A DNA stretch of 63,772 bases, filler included, from Lama guanicoe (lineage: Eukaryota), in NCBI GenBank assembly GCA_013239625.1. It is 199 parts of 199 records of this genome, joined end to end, with 100 filler letters (N's around TTAATTAATTAA, not from the genome) between each part and the next. Parts side by side here need not be neighbours in the genome. Positions count along the whole stretch, not along the records: positions 12,515 to 12,735 come from PNXV01040527.1; positions 12,836 to 13,056 come from PNXV01040528.1; positions 13,157 to 13,377 come from PNXV01040529.1; positions 13,478 to 13,698 come from PNXV01040530.1; positions 13,799 to 14,019 come from PNXV01040531.1; positions 14,120 to 14,340 come from PNXV01040532.1; positions 14,441 to 14,661 come from PNXV01040533.1; positions 14,762 to 14,982 come from PNXV01040534.1; 191 more parts are not named here. One strand, written 5' to 3'. Each line of letters starts with the position of its first letter. Positions within the stretch are counted from its first letter, which is position 1. Shown piece by piece: positions 12,540-24,291 of the stretch. A program made the position numbers and the translations under genes. The notes beneath the pieces were generated by a model, which saw only the letters and a program-made list of their open reading frames with translations, had not been told where the DNA came from and made no database searches.

Positions 12540-12735
12540 GGACTCGGCCCCCCAGCATCTGGTTTTGGCCTGGTTTAGGTGTCAGCCCTACCACGCTGGG
12601 GCTGTGACTCGGGCAGCCCTTCCCTCTCGGACTCCCCGTCCGTGCAGGGACTAACCGCAGCACTTCCTCATAGGGCTGTTGGGACGAGTCGATGGTGTAA
12701 TGTACGTAACGCGGTTGGCACGGGGTCTGGTGTGG
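12540..12735 (+). mobile_element. MIR SINE, unusually GC/CpG-rich copy
   Basis: gctgtgactcgggcag...cttcctcatagggctgttgggacgagtcgatggtgtaatgtacgtaacgcggttggcac is colinear with MIR. Confidence 0.65.
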
Positions 12736-13205
12736 NNNNNNNNNNNNNNNNNNNNNNNNNNNNNNNNNNNNNNNNNNNNTTAATTAATTAANNNNNNNNN
12801 NNNNNNNNNNNNNNNNNNNNNNNNNNNNNNNNNNNCCCTTAAAGGTGTTGGCAGGAGTGGTCCACAGTGAAAACAGGCTGGCAGCCTTCCTGTCTGCAGA
12901 AGGAGCAGGGAGTGGCCTGGTCTGCAAGGCACTGGCTGCCAGGCCCACAGCGCTGCTCCCCACACTCCCTCCCTGGGGAGAGGCCACTTTGACCTGACTG
13001 CCCGCCGTCCAGAGCACCTGGAGGGAGAAGGGGCCGAGGCCCAGGACCCACCTGACNNNNNNNNNNNNNNNNNNNNNNNNNNNNNNNNNNNNNNNNNNNN
13101 TTAATTAATTAANNNNNNNNNNNNNNNNNNNNNNNNNNNNNNNNNNNNNNNNNNNNGAAATCTGTTCTTCTGTAAGTACTTAAATGCTAATCAAATTCTT
13201 CTAGA

Positions 13206-13377
13206 CTAGTCCTGTCCAGTGAAAGTATAATGTGAGTTACATATGTAATATGAGCGACTTTAATAGCCAAATTAAAAAAGGTAGAGAGAAACAGTTTAAC
13301 TTAATTTTAATAACATAGTCTACTTAACCCAGTACATCCAAAATACTGTATTTCAACATGCAATCAATATAAAAAAT
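13206..13377 (+). mobile_element. MER33-like hAT-Charlie DNA transposon
   Basis: ctgtcca...tataatgtgag...catatgtaat...ttaattttaataa...ttaacccagtacatccaaaata...tttcaacatgcaatcaatataaaaa. Confidence 0.8.
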
Positions 13378-13825
13378 NNNNNNNNNNNNNNNNNNNNNNN
13401 NNNNNNNNNNNNNNNNNNNNNTTAATTAATTAANNNNNNNNNNNNNNNNNNNNNNNNNNNNNNNNNNNNNNNNNNNNAAATTGGACTTATGAAGGAATAT
13501 TTTGCAACATTAGCTGCAGCAGCAGCCAACAGTGATTTAATAACTTACTACAAAGAATTCCCATTTGTTGAGCGCCTCCAATGCACTGGATGCCTCTCCT
13601 ATTCAGCCTCGTGTAACAACACTGACAGACTGGGTAGATAAAATAATGAAGGACTCTTGTGACAGAATCATAGAGCTGAAAGGAACCTTGGAGATTAGNN
13701 NNNNNNNNNNNNNNNNNNNNNNNNNNNNNNNNNNNNNNNNNNTTAATTAATTAANNNNNNNNNNNNNNNNNNNNNNNNNNNNNNNNNNNNNNNNNNNNAC
13801 CAGGGAGATGCAAAAATGAATAATG

Positions 13826-13971
13826 GTGGGGAGGGTATATAGCTCAAGTGGTAAGAGCACATGTTCAGCATGCATGGAGTTCTGGGTTCAACCCCCAGCT
13901 CCTCCTCTAAAAATATATAAACCGAACCCCACTCCCCCCCCAAAAAAAAGGCTACATGAAATTTTTTTTAA
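13826..13971 (+). mobile_element. Camelid tRNA-Ala-like SINE (vic-1 family) with target-site duplication
   Basis: ggggagggtatatagctcaagtggtaagagcac...gcatgcatggagttctgggttcaacccccag. TSD is aaaaatga(a/g)taatg at 13812-13825 and 13972-13985. Confidence 0.88.
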
Positions 13972-14884
13972 AAAAATGAGTAATGCATGCCTTCAGGGAG
14001 CTTCTGTTCCAGTGGGGATNNNNNNNNNNNNNNNNNNNNNNNNNNNNNNNNNNNNNNNNNNNNTTAATTAATTAANNNNNNNNNNNNNNNNNNNNNNNNN
14101 NNNNNNNNNNNNNNNNNNNTGCTTTTATTTCTAGTTTTCTTGTAAAGGTACCTCTACTTACTAAAAGACACCTCTTATCAACTTGCTTAGTGCATTTTCC
14201 AAATCTTTGACTCATATGAGTAGAGTAAATGGAACATTTCAATTTATACATTGGTCTATTTAAGGCAGAAACCCCTAATTAGCTTCTGAATGTGACATGA
14301 ATATACCAACATAATTAACAGTATTTAGGGCCATTCAGCTNNNNNNNNNNNNNNNNNNNNNNNNNNNNNNNNNNNNNNNNNNNNTTAATTAATTAANNNN
14401 NNNNNNNNNNNNNNNNNNNNNNNNNNNNNNNNNNNNNNNNTAAGACCAAACCGCGCTTGACCTAATTGATTTGGAATCTAATCAGTGTTGGTGGGGAGCT
14501 TCTTCTAGTGTGAAAAGTCACCCGTCTCTTTGCAGAAGTATTCTTATCTTTAACCACTGGGGGCTGCCCCAGACTTTGATGGATGTGAGGCATGGGTACC
14601 ATATTACATTCTGAATTCCAATCATTTCTGGCCCTACGAATTATAGACAGTGGTCTGTGGANNNNNNNNNNNNNNNNNNNNNNNNNNNNNNNNNNNNNNN
14701 NNNNNTTAATTAATTAANNNNNNNNNNNNNNNNNNNNNNNNNNNNNNNNNNNNNNNNNNNNTTTTTTTTTTTCAACTGCTTCTTACTTTAGCTACAGAGC
14801 ATCAATCACGAAGCAATTAAGTTCAAATAGAAGCAAAACAAACATGCTCAAGTGCAGGAATGAATGGCAGCAGAACCTCCTCCG

Positions 14885-14982
14885 TCTATGGTGTGGCAGA
14901 GAGAGTAAGAGTTTTAGAATTCCAGGGAAGTGGGTTCAGATCCCAGCTCCACCACTTCGCAGCTCTGTCACCGTAACAAATT
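14885..14982 (+). mobile_element. MIR 5' fragment
   Basis: tgggttcagatcccagctccaccacttcgcagctctgtcacc. Confidence 0.6.
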
Positions 14983-15403
14983 NNNNNNNNNNNNNNNNNN
15001 NNNNNNNNNNNNNNNNNNNNNNNNNNTTAATTAATTAANNNNNNNNNNNNNNNNNNNNNNNNNNNNNNNNNNNNNNNNNNNNAACAGCCTCGCGGGCCAG
15101 GACAGAGAACGCAGGCTCCTGTTAGACAACGTGAGTCACCCCAGGGTCTCAAGGGGGCGCAGGAACTGACTACCGTCAGCTTCACATTTTAGGGGGCATA
15201 GTCTGAAAATAACTTCAAGAAGAGTTTAGAAGGAAATACAGAGAAATTCGAAGCAGGAAGGTCATTGGGGAACCTATTCCAGGTGACAGGGCATTCAGGC
15301 CTGNNNNNNNNNNNNNNNNNNNNNNNNNNNNNNNNNNNNNNNNNNNNTTAATTAATTAANNNNNNNNNNNNNNNNNNNNNNNNNNNNNNNNNNNNNNNNN
15401 NNN

Positions 15404-15624
15404 TTTCACTGTAAAACCATGTTGGAGCTAGTACCTCCCCATATATATGTATATATTGCAATTTCCAACTGAAAAGAAACTTTGTATTCCCAACAAGCTG
15501 GGTGAAGAATGGCTTTCATGCAAAATTATCTATCAGAACTGAGCTTGTGGAGAGATGATCGTTCATCTAGCACAGAGTGAACGGGTTGCAGGACAAACAC
15601 TTTCTCTGGTTTCTCAGCCTGTTT
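15404..15624. repeat. Satellite DNA, ~250-bp monomer, phase B-A
   Basis: Shares cactgtaaaac...cctccccatatatatgtat...caagct.ggtgaag...ggctttca and agaga...tcgttcatc...ttgcagga...ctctgg...ctcag.ctgttt with 5458-5676. Confidence 0.85.
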
Positions 15625-18292
15625 NNNNNNNNNNNNNNNNNNNNNNNNNNNNNNNNNNNNNNNNNNNNTTAATTAATTAANNNNNNNNNNNNNNNNNNNN
15701 NNNNNNNNNNNNNNNNNNNNNNNNGTGACTGTCTGTAAATTGAGTCACTAGGGAAGAGTGAGCTTAAAATAATCTTCTTACTAGAAAGCTCTTACCTGAA
15801 CCTTCAATCCCCGAGCTCTTAGCTCTAAGTCTCTCTATGCGGGTTAATTGAAGTGCAACCGTATAAAAGAAAAAAAAAAAAGAGAGAGAGAGAGGTGAGG
15901 GGCGTGATGTCTACAAAATGATGTCCTGAAACATAAAAATATCTTNNNNNNNNNNNNNNNNNNNNNNNNNNNNNNNNNNNNNNNNNNNNTTAATTAATTA
16001 ANNNNNNNNNNNNNNNNNNNNNNNNNNNNNNNNNNNNNNNNNNNNGCCAGCCTAAGCTTGACCCTCAGGACTTCTGCTATGGCAACTTGGGAGCGGACCC
16101 CACCCCTAACAGGGCAGTGATGGCCACTGAGCCAAGAGGAAGTCCTGCCTCAGATCTGGTGCCAGCTCTAGCTCTTCCATCTCCAGCCCCACCTCCTACC
16201 AAGGTGATAGCTACCAGTACACCCTGAGGAAAGGGGTGAGTTGCAACAACATCAAATCCAGCTCTCNNNNNNNNNNNNNNNNNNNNNNNNNNNNNNNNNN
16301 NNNNNNNNNNTTAATTAATTAANNNNNNNNNNNNNNNNNNNNNNNNNNNNNNNNNNNNNNNNNNNNTATTTTCATGTGCTCCACGAAAGCTGGTAACTTT
16401 GAGGAAGTTCCGTCTTCTCAGTGGCGCCAGATCAGGCCGGTGTCTGCTGCAGGATCATGGTGGCTGACGTTGCCGAGTGCTTTTTTCTCTCTTCCATGAA
16501 ACACCTGTAGAACTTTTGGCCCATCCTGTGACCAAATTCCGGGCACAGATCAGGTGTTGTGATGACAATAGTGTGAAACACGCCAGANNNNNNNNNNNNN
16601 NNNNNNNNNNNNNNNNNNNNNNNNNNNNNNNTTAATTAATTAANNNNNNNNNNNNNNNNNNNNNNNNNNNNNNNNNNNNNNNNNNNNAGACATGTTGGTT
16701 GGTTTCTTTGCCCCAGCTCGCAACCCATGTAGGAGGGCTCTCCGATATGTCTGCAGAGCCCCCCGTTTGGCTTGGGAGTTAGAGTTTCATTCTGGTCTTG
16801 TGTGTGGGGCCGCATTCCGGGCCCATTCCTCTGCATCCATGGTTCCCTCTGGGGCCTACTCTTGTAGCAATTTTTTAGTTTTTGTTATGATCTGCTTTTT
16901 TTTTTTTTNNNNNNNNNNNNNNNNNNNNNNNNNNNNNNNNNNNNNNNNNNNNTTAATTAATTAANNNNNNNNNNNNNNNNNNNNNNNNNNNNNNNNNNNN
17001 NNNNNNNNCTCTGTCGGACAGCAAGCCGTAAGTCAAGGACCCGGCGGCTCTCTATCCTGAGGCGGAAGCAGCTGCCCGGTGCCCCCCTTCCTTGGGGGCT
17101 TACCAGCGGCCAAGTCCACCCTCACCCACACCACCCGCCTGATGCGGGGCACTGGAGCGCGACGGCACAAGTGAGGGCTCTCTCAGACGAGGACCAAGCT
17201 GGCGGGAGAGTGGACGTGGGGCAGCCCAGNNNNNNNNNNNNNNNNNNNNNNNNNNNNNNNNNNNNNNNNNNNNTTAATTAATTAANNNNNNNNNNNNNNN
17301 NNNNNNNNNNNNNNNNNNNNNNNNNNNNNTCAGTTCCCTGCAAGAAGCCCCTCTACAACAAACGCTGAATATTTAAGCGTTCCATGCAAGGAGAAATAGC
17401 TCATAAAAAAAGACAACTGGATATTAAAACTTAGCTTCTGATGGTACAAGTCATGTTGATGAAATTCACACACAGTCCATGTGATTAACTGGATCACATG
17501 ATGTTTTATTCATTATCAAGTTGATAGAACTGATCAGTCCTGTTATTTCTNNNNNNNNNNNNNNNNNNNNNNNNNNNNNNNNNNNNNNNNNNNNTTAATT
17601 AATTAANNNNNNNNNNNNNNNNNNNNNNNNNNNNNNNNNNNNNNNNNNNNAAAAAGTGATCCCTATCATTCCCAAGACTGATATCAGTACTTTTGATTTT
17701 GTCTACCCCATATCTCCTCCAGAAACTTGCTCTTTTAATCATCTCTCTCCTGCTTAAAAGTTCAATTGATTTAATCTCATTTGTCTCTCTTCCCATGAAC
17801 ATTATTCTTCCTAAGTTTAAGGGATAATGTTGTTCCATGAAACTTGCCTGTGTTTTGTGTATTCAGATACCNNNNNNNNNNNNNNNNNNNNNNNNNNNNN
17901 NNNNNNNNNNNNNNNTTAATTAATTAANNNNNNNNNNNNNNNNNNNNNNNNNNNNNNNNNNNNNNNNNNNNGACTCTGACTTGGCTGGGAGGGAGCTGCA
18001 TGATGTGAGGAACTTTCCCTCAGTAGCCACCAGCAGAGCCCAGAAGACAGAGAAAGACGTTGGGTTGAGTCCACTGTGGCGCTGGTGGCCCTCATGGGGG
18101 AAATAGAGAGAGACCTGTCCCCTTGCTGCTCCCTGTTGCCAGAGCTCACTCATGTTCTGGTCCACAATCTGTCTTCTCTTCCCCAAGGGTGANNNNNNNN
18201 NNNNNNNNNNNNNNNNNNNNNNNNNNNNNNNNNNNNTTAATTAATTAANNNNNNNNNNNNNNNNNNNNNNNNNNNNNNNNNNNNNNNNNNNN

Positions 18293-18444
18293 GTGGGCGT
18301 AGAATGAGGCTCAAGCTCTGCTAGAAGTCAGATCGCCCACCGCCCTGAGCCTCAGGGCCTCCTGGGGGCTGAATCCCCCACCACTTTGATGTTAGCTGCT
18401 GTGGCACTCTTTGAATGGCTGTGCCCCGTCCCCTTCCTGTCTCA
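18293..18444 (-). mobile_element. ERV1 LTR 5' end (MER41-like)
   Basis: Reverse complement begins TGAGACAGGAAGGGG...GGGCACAGCC. Its distal ~70 bp aligns with 23110-23183. Confidence 0.7.
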
Positions 18445-18639
18445 GGGGCGCTGTGCCGAGAGGCCCGGACCCCAGGAGGGAGGGTCCCTGTGGCTCTGGC
18501 GGGTGGGCAGGGGNNNNNNNNNNNNNNNNNNNNNNNNNNNNNNNNNNNNNNNNNNNNTTAATTAATTAANNNNNNNNNNNNNNNNNNNNNNNNNNNNNNN
18601 NNNNNNNNNNNNNAAGATCACACTGCCTGTGAGTAAAAA

Positions 18640-18834
18640 CTATTTTACTTCTTTATCTAATCTGTCTGCCTTTTATTTCCTTCACTTTCCATACTGCACC
18701 AACTAGAACCTCCAGTACCTTGTTGAATAGGAATGATGAGCGCAGAGATCTGCCTGGTTCCCTGTCTTAAGGAGAAAGAGCTCAGTCTTTCATCATTAAG
18801 TATGATGTTAGTGGTAGGTGTTTTGGAGACGTGT
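18640..18834 (-). mobile_element. L1 ORF2 RT region, degenerate
   Basis: ctagaacctccagtaccttgttgaatag...catcattaagtatgatgtta is antisense to the LLFNxVLEVL region. Confidence 0.85.
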
Positions 18835-19576
18835 NNNNNNNNNNNNNNNNNNNNNNNNNNNNNNNNNNNNNNNNNNNNTTAATTAATTAANNNNNNNNNN
18901 NNNNNNNNNNNNNNNNNNNNNNNNNNNNNNNNNNGAGAATTTGAAACTGAATCAGGAGCCCTTTATTTTTCTTTGTATTTCTTTCTGCTATTTGTCTCTT
19001 ATGAAGTGATTTTCTCTCTCTCTCAGTTTTTGTTTTTTCAGAAGACTCCTCTGTTTCATTTTGTGTTTTCCAAGTAAGCACTTTAAATTATTTGTATTAT
19101 GTTTTTCAAAATTAACAAATAAGAAACTGATAAATATTGTTGATGGAGTGTTAAGNNNNNNNNNNNNNNNNNNNNNNNNNNNNNNNNNNNNNNNNNNNNT
19201 TAATTAATTAANNNNNNNNNNNNNNNNNNNNNNNNNNNNNNNNNNNNNNNNNNNNCTGATTGGAAGCCACAGCCTGGTTGCTGCCACATTCTAAACCTGG
19301 AGAAAGAGAGAAAAAATATCTGTGAACATTAAAACATGTCGAAAGCATGAGTACAGTCTGAAAAATTAGAAACTTACTTAAAACATAGAGAGATATGAAC
19401 AGGTAAGAAGAGTTGTTAGTAACTCACGTGCAAAGCACAAACACAAATGTAGAGCTGCAGTTCTCAGACTTTATTTNNNNNNNNNNNNNNNNNNNNNNNN
19501 NNNNNNNNNNNNNNNNNNNNTTAATTAATTAANNNNNNNNNNNNNNNNNNNNNNNNNNNNNNNNNNNNNNNNNNNN

Positions 19577-19797
19577 AAAAAGAAGACACTAATAAACTTA
19601 TCTACAAAACAGAAACAGACTCACATAGTAAATAAACTTAAGGTTACCTGGGGGAAAGGGGGTGGGGAGGGATAAATTGGGAGTTTGATACTTGTAAATA
19701 TTAACTACTATATACAAACTAGATAAATAATTTTCTTCTGTATAGCATAGGGAACTATATTCAATATCCTATAGTAACCTATAATGAAAAAGAATAT
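19577..19797 (+). mobile_element. Cetartiodactyl-type L1 3' UTR
   Basis: aacttatctacaaaacagaaacagactcaca...ggagggataaattgggagtttg...tatagcatagggaactatattcaatatc. Confidence 0.9.
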
Positions 19798-20218
19798 NNN
19801 NNNNNNNNNNNNNNNNNNNNNNNNNNNNNNNNNNNNNNNNNTTAATTAATTAANNNNNNNNNNNNNNNNNNNNNNNNNNNNNNNNNNNNNNNNNNNNACA
19901 GTGTCAGAGATGCTCTGTGACTTCGGAGACCAGCTCAGAGAAGGCCCTGCAGCTTCTGCCTTGTTCACTGGAGTCCCGAGCCACCATGGAAGCAGTCTCC
20001 TTACTTTGGAGCCGCCATGTTGACTGGCCGTGTGTGGACCCTCTGGCCGACTGTCCTAGCCGAGCCCAGCATTTCCATTCATCCTCAGCAAGGTGCCGGG
20101 CATATGAGGGAACCATCTNNNNNNNNNNNNNNNNNNNNNNNNNNNNNNNNNNNNNNNNNNNNTTAATTAATTAANNNNNNNNNNNNNNNNNNNNNNNNNN
20201 NNNNNNNNNNNNNNNNNN

Positions 20219-20439
20219 AGGCCCAAAGGCAGCACAACGGGAGAAGCAGAATTCTCAACCAACGATTGTGGAACGACTGGGCACCACGTGAAAATCAGCG
20301 AATCCAGACACAGACCTCCCACCCTTCACAGAAATTAGCTCACGGGGGTCGCAGGCTTACATGTAAAGTGCAAAACGGTAAAGCTCCTGCAAGACAACAG
20401 GGGAGAGATTCTGTGTGACCTCGGTTTGGCAGCGACTTT
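20219..20439 (+). mobile_element. L1 ORF2 C-terminal region, old and GC-shifted
   Basis: acccttcacagaaattagctca...atgtaaagtgcaaaac...tgtgacctcggtttggcagcgacttt. Confidence 0.75.
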
Positions 20440-20922
20440 NNNNNNNNNNNNNNNNNNNNNNNNNNNNNNNNNNNNNNNNNNNNTTAATTAATTAANNNNN
20501 NNNNNNNNNNNNNNNNNNNNNNNNNNNNNNNNNNNNNNNGAACAGCCTTAGCCCTGCCCTCACAGGCTCATGGTCCAGAAGGAGAGACAGACCCAACCCC
20601 AGTCAGTGATGACTCAGTGTAGGCAGGGCTGGGATGGGGGCACTCAGAAAAGGCTGACCCAGCCTGAGGGTCTGGTGGACTTCCTGGAGGAGGAGACATT
20701 AGAGCTGAACGATAAAGAACACCATAAGCACTTAAGACACAGGAATCACCCATTTGAATGNNNNNNNNNNNNNNNNNNNNNNNNNNNNNNNNNNNNNNNN
20801 NNNNTTAATTAATTAANNNNNNNNNNNNNNNNNNNNNNNNNNNNNNNNNNNNNNNNNNNNGGGTGAAATTTTATAAAACAAGTTTGTGTTATTTTCATTA
20901 AAAAAAAAACAAAACTTCACAT

Positions 20923-20992
20923 GGAGGAGGGAAATAGCTCAGTGGTAGAGTGCGTGCTTAGCATGCAGGTCCTGGGTTCAGTCCCCATTAAA
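20923..20992 (+). mobile_element. vic-1 SINE, partial
   Basis: gagggaaatagctcagtggtagagtgcgtgcttagcatgcaggtcctgggttcagtcccca. Confidence 0.85.
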
Positions 20993-22786
20993 CAGCACAT
21001 CACCACCACCAAAATATCTCTCTTTACTAGCCAGAGAGGTGGATGTCTCTTCCTTTCTTTAATTTTATGCTTCCCTCATACNNNNNNNNNNNNNNNNNNN
21101 NNNNNNNNNNNNNNNNNNNNNNNNNTTAATTAATTAANNNNNNNNNNNNNNNNNNNNNNNNNNNNNNNNNNNNNNNNNNNNCCCTGTGCAATTATGCTTC
21201 CCAAAGAGTCAAACTACCCAACCCTTTGCACATAGGTCAACTGGAATAATTATTAGTAATACTGCTTTTGATATTACGTATTTTACTGCCTTTCCCTCAG
21301 GAGATCAAACTGCTTTACACACATTATCTCATTAATCCCTACTCCCGTTCTCTGAATTAGAAAGAAGTGGGTTCTGTTTTATGCTTCTAGTAAAGTGTTA
21401 TTNNNNNNNNNNNNNNNNNNNNNNNNNNNNNNNNNNNNNNNNNNNNTTAATTAATTAANNNNNNNNNNNNNNNNNNNNNNNNNNNNNNNNNNNNNNNNNN
21501 NNTAGTGAGGGTTAAGTGTATCCTTCATTCTCTTTGAGCCCTGCCCCTCCCAAGACCGACAGCAATTCAACACCCCTGTCTTTCCAGATCCCAGCTTCAG
21601 GGCAGTAGGAGGAGGATGGCTCAAGTTTTGCCCAGGACATCTATCCATTGAAATCTGCTTGCCTCAGAATTTTTTTCTCAGGGAATTTCCTGTTTCTCCA
21701 GTTCAATCAACACATGCCATTTTNNNNNNNNNNNNNNNNNNNNNNNNNNNNNNNNNNNNNNNNNNNNTTAATTAATTAANNNNNNNNNNNNNNNNNNNNN
21801 NNNNNNNNNNNNNNNNNNNNNNNATAGGATCCCAGGGGCCAGCCCTGCCAGCTCTCCTCAAAAGAAATTCTACCTCTTGAGAATAAAATCACAGATGGAC
21901 TTAATGTTCTGCAGGAGTTAGGTTGTTACCGTGGCTGATTCTCTCAGTGTATTTTCCTCCTGGACCCTGAGTAAAGACCAACATGCAGAAAGGAATTAGG
22001 TAAGTTCACAGTTGGCCCTCACAGTGCCATCATAGTCCGGCTTCNNNNNNNNNNNNNNNNNNNNNNNNNNNNNNNNNNNNNNNNNNNNTTAATTAATTAA
22101 NNNNNNNNNNNNNNNNNNNNNNNNNNNNNNNNNNNNNNNNNNNNAGGTTTTTTTTAGCCACTAAAAAGATAACTAGTCATATACCAAATAATACATTTTG
22201 TATATTTTCTGACATATACTTTTACATTTTTACTTATGTTTCTTCCTTCTGTTCTGGTATTCCTCTATATATCAACTACAATTTTCATTTTTTGAAGAAA
22301 GGTGAGGTTCAGAAATGTTTAGCAGCTTATCCAAAGTCACACAGATGGTAACTGAGAACAAGACTNNNNNNNNNNNNNNNNNNNNNNNNNNNNNNNNNNN
22401 NNNNNNNNNTTAATTAATTAANNNNNNNNNNNNNNNNNNNNNNNNNNNNNNNNNNNNNNNNNNNNTAGCAGCTACAAACCTGTATGCTTTTAAGAGTGCC
22501 ACCTGTCTTCCCTGTAACACAGTCTCACCCACATGCCAAAGCGATTGATCCCTTTCCAGCACCCACCTTCTATGATTTCAGTTTGTTAAAGCCTCTTAGA
22601 GAATCTATCATAAATATAAGAATAGATAACCTCACCTACAACAATACAGTGTGCGGAAGAGATTAATGACCCTCATACATGCACGTNNNNNNNNNNNNNN
22701 NNNNNNNNNNNNNNNNNNNNNNNNNNNNNNTTAATTAATTAANNNNNNNNNNNNNNNNNNNNNNNNNNNNNNNNNNNNNNNNNNNN

Positions 22787-23007
22787 GCTTAATGGGCCTT
22801 AATGCTTAGTTTTGTGATTTACTTTCTCTGCAGTCTTAGGCCAAGTATTTTACTTCCCTTAACATCTCTTAATCTTGAAAAGTAGAGATAACAATACTGA
22901 GGTTGCAGGGTTGTGAGAATTATATGAATATTATATGCTTCAGGTTCCAAACCCAGTGCCTTTAACATCCCCCTTTAGCACCTGCTCTTGCTTCAAGATA
23001 CTGGAAA
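22787..23007. repeat. Copy 2 of a near-identical contig pair (copy 1 at 3532-3752)
   Basis: 211 of 221 bases identical with no gaps. Confidence 0.97.
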
Positions 23008-23107
23008 NNNNNNNNNNNNNNNNNNNNNNNNNNNNNNNNNNNNNNNNNNNNTTAATTAATTAANNNNNNNNNNNNNNNNNNNNNNNNNNNNNNNNNNNNN
23101 NNNNNNN

Positions 23108-23328
23108 AGCTCCCAACAGACCTTGAGGCCCAAGATGGCGGGATATTTGACCTCCAGTAGACCTTGAACTTCTTTATACGCTCGTTATAGTATGTTAGCA
23201 TGGTAAACGGCACTCCCACAGATGTCATGACAGTTCTGAGGCTGACCTTGAAAGATCAAAGAGCGGGCGGTGGCCCAGTTCCTGGGAGCGCCCACCTCTT
23301 CCCCAGAGGAGTTAGAGCAATCCTCCTG
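23108..23328 (+). mobile_element. ERV1 LTR internal part (MER41-like)
   Basis: caagatggcgg...cccaca...catgacagtt...cccagttcctggga...aatcctcc resembles MER41-family LTRs. It is homologous to 18293-18444. Confidence 0.7.
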
Positions 23329-23428
23329 NNNNNNNNNNNNNNNNNNNNNNNNNNNNNNNNNNNNNNNNNNNNTTAATTAATTAANNNNNNNNNNNNNNNN
23401 NNNNNNNNNNNNNNNNNNNNNNNNNNNN

Positions 23429-23649
23429 CTGTGGAATTGTCAATTCTGGACTTTTCATACAGTGGAAAATTAGGATAGTGGTCTGTTGTGACTGGCTTCT
23501 TTTGCTTAGCATGTATTCAAAGTTCATTCATGGAGTAGCGTATATTATTTCTTTATTTCTCTCTCTCTCTCTTTTTTTTTTTTTTGCCAAGTCCTCTTCC
23601 GTCGTATTGATGTGCTGCAGTTTGTATATCCATGCATCTGTTGGTGGAC
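23429..23649 (-). mobile_element. L1MB-type 3' fragment
   Basis: attctggacttttcata...ttgtgactggcttctttt.cttagcat...aagttcattcatg. Confidence 0.75.
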
Positions 23650-23749
23650 NNNNNNNNNNNNNNNNNNNNNNNNNNNNNNNNNNNNNNNNNNNNTTAATTA
23701 ATTAANNNNNNNNNNNNNNNNNNNNNNNNNNNNNNNNNNNNNNNNNNNN

Positions 23750-23836
23750 TTTTTTTTTAATGGAGGTATTGGAGACTGAACCTCATGCATGCTAAGTGCT
23801 AAGCACGTGCTCTGTCACTGAGCTATACCCACACCC
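23750..23836 (-). mobile_element. vic-1 SINE
   Basis: Poly-T followed by aatggaggtattgg...catgcatgctaag...cactgagctataccc. Confidence 0.85.
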
Positions 23837-24070
23837 CTAGTCCTCATTTTCTGATAAAATCAATTCTATTACACATACAATGGCAACCTATACAATTACG
23901 TGGAAACCAAAACACCACCCTAGGGAAGCAAGAACTTGCAAGGAATTCTGTACATCCCAGTGCAGTGGGTNNNNNNNNNNNNNNNNNNNNNNNNNNNNNN
24001 NNNNNNNNNNNNNNTTAATTAATTAANNNNNNNNNNNNNNNNNNNNNNNNNNNNNNNNNNNNNNNNNNNN

Positions 24071-24291
24071 CTTCTCCCCCATTTATTTATTTAATAATTT
24101 ATTGACATTGGTTTGTACTTATGGACATTTATTTTATAATCTGGGTGACAAGCCAACGTTACGTCATTCATTTTGTTGCTGAGATTGTTCCAGCCTTGAG
24201 CTCTTTCAAGTTGGCTCCTCTGTCCCTTTGGCACGCCCCCATCTTTCTGTTTTTTGAGCACTTCCTTACTTCCTGGCACTGTAAGATGCTC
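24071..24291 (-). mobile_element. L1MC/MD 3' fragment
   Basis: ttttgttgctgagattgttccagc...agctctttcaagttggctcct.tgtccctttg...tttttgagcacttccttact. Confidence 0.8.

Noticed and set aside
16367..16587. Possible terminal exon on the minus strand (CFMEERKKHSATSATMILQQTPA*)
   Set aside because: The acceptor is weak and I recognise no homologue.
17490..17540. C/D box snoRNA-like motifs (ATGATGT...CTGA)
   Set aside because: Box C is imperfect, the span is too short and the terminal stem is weak.
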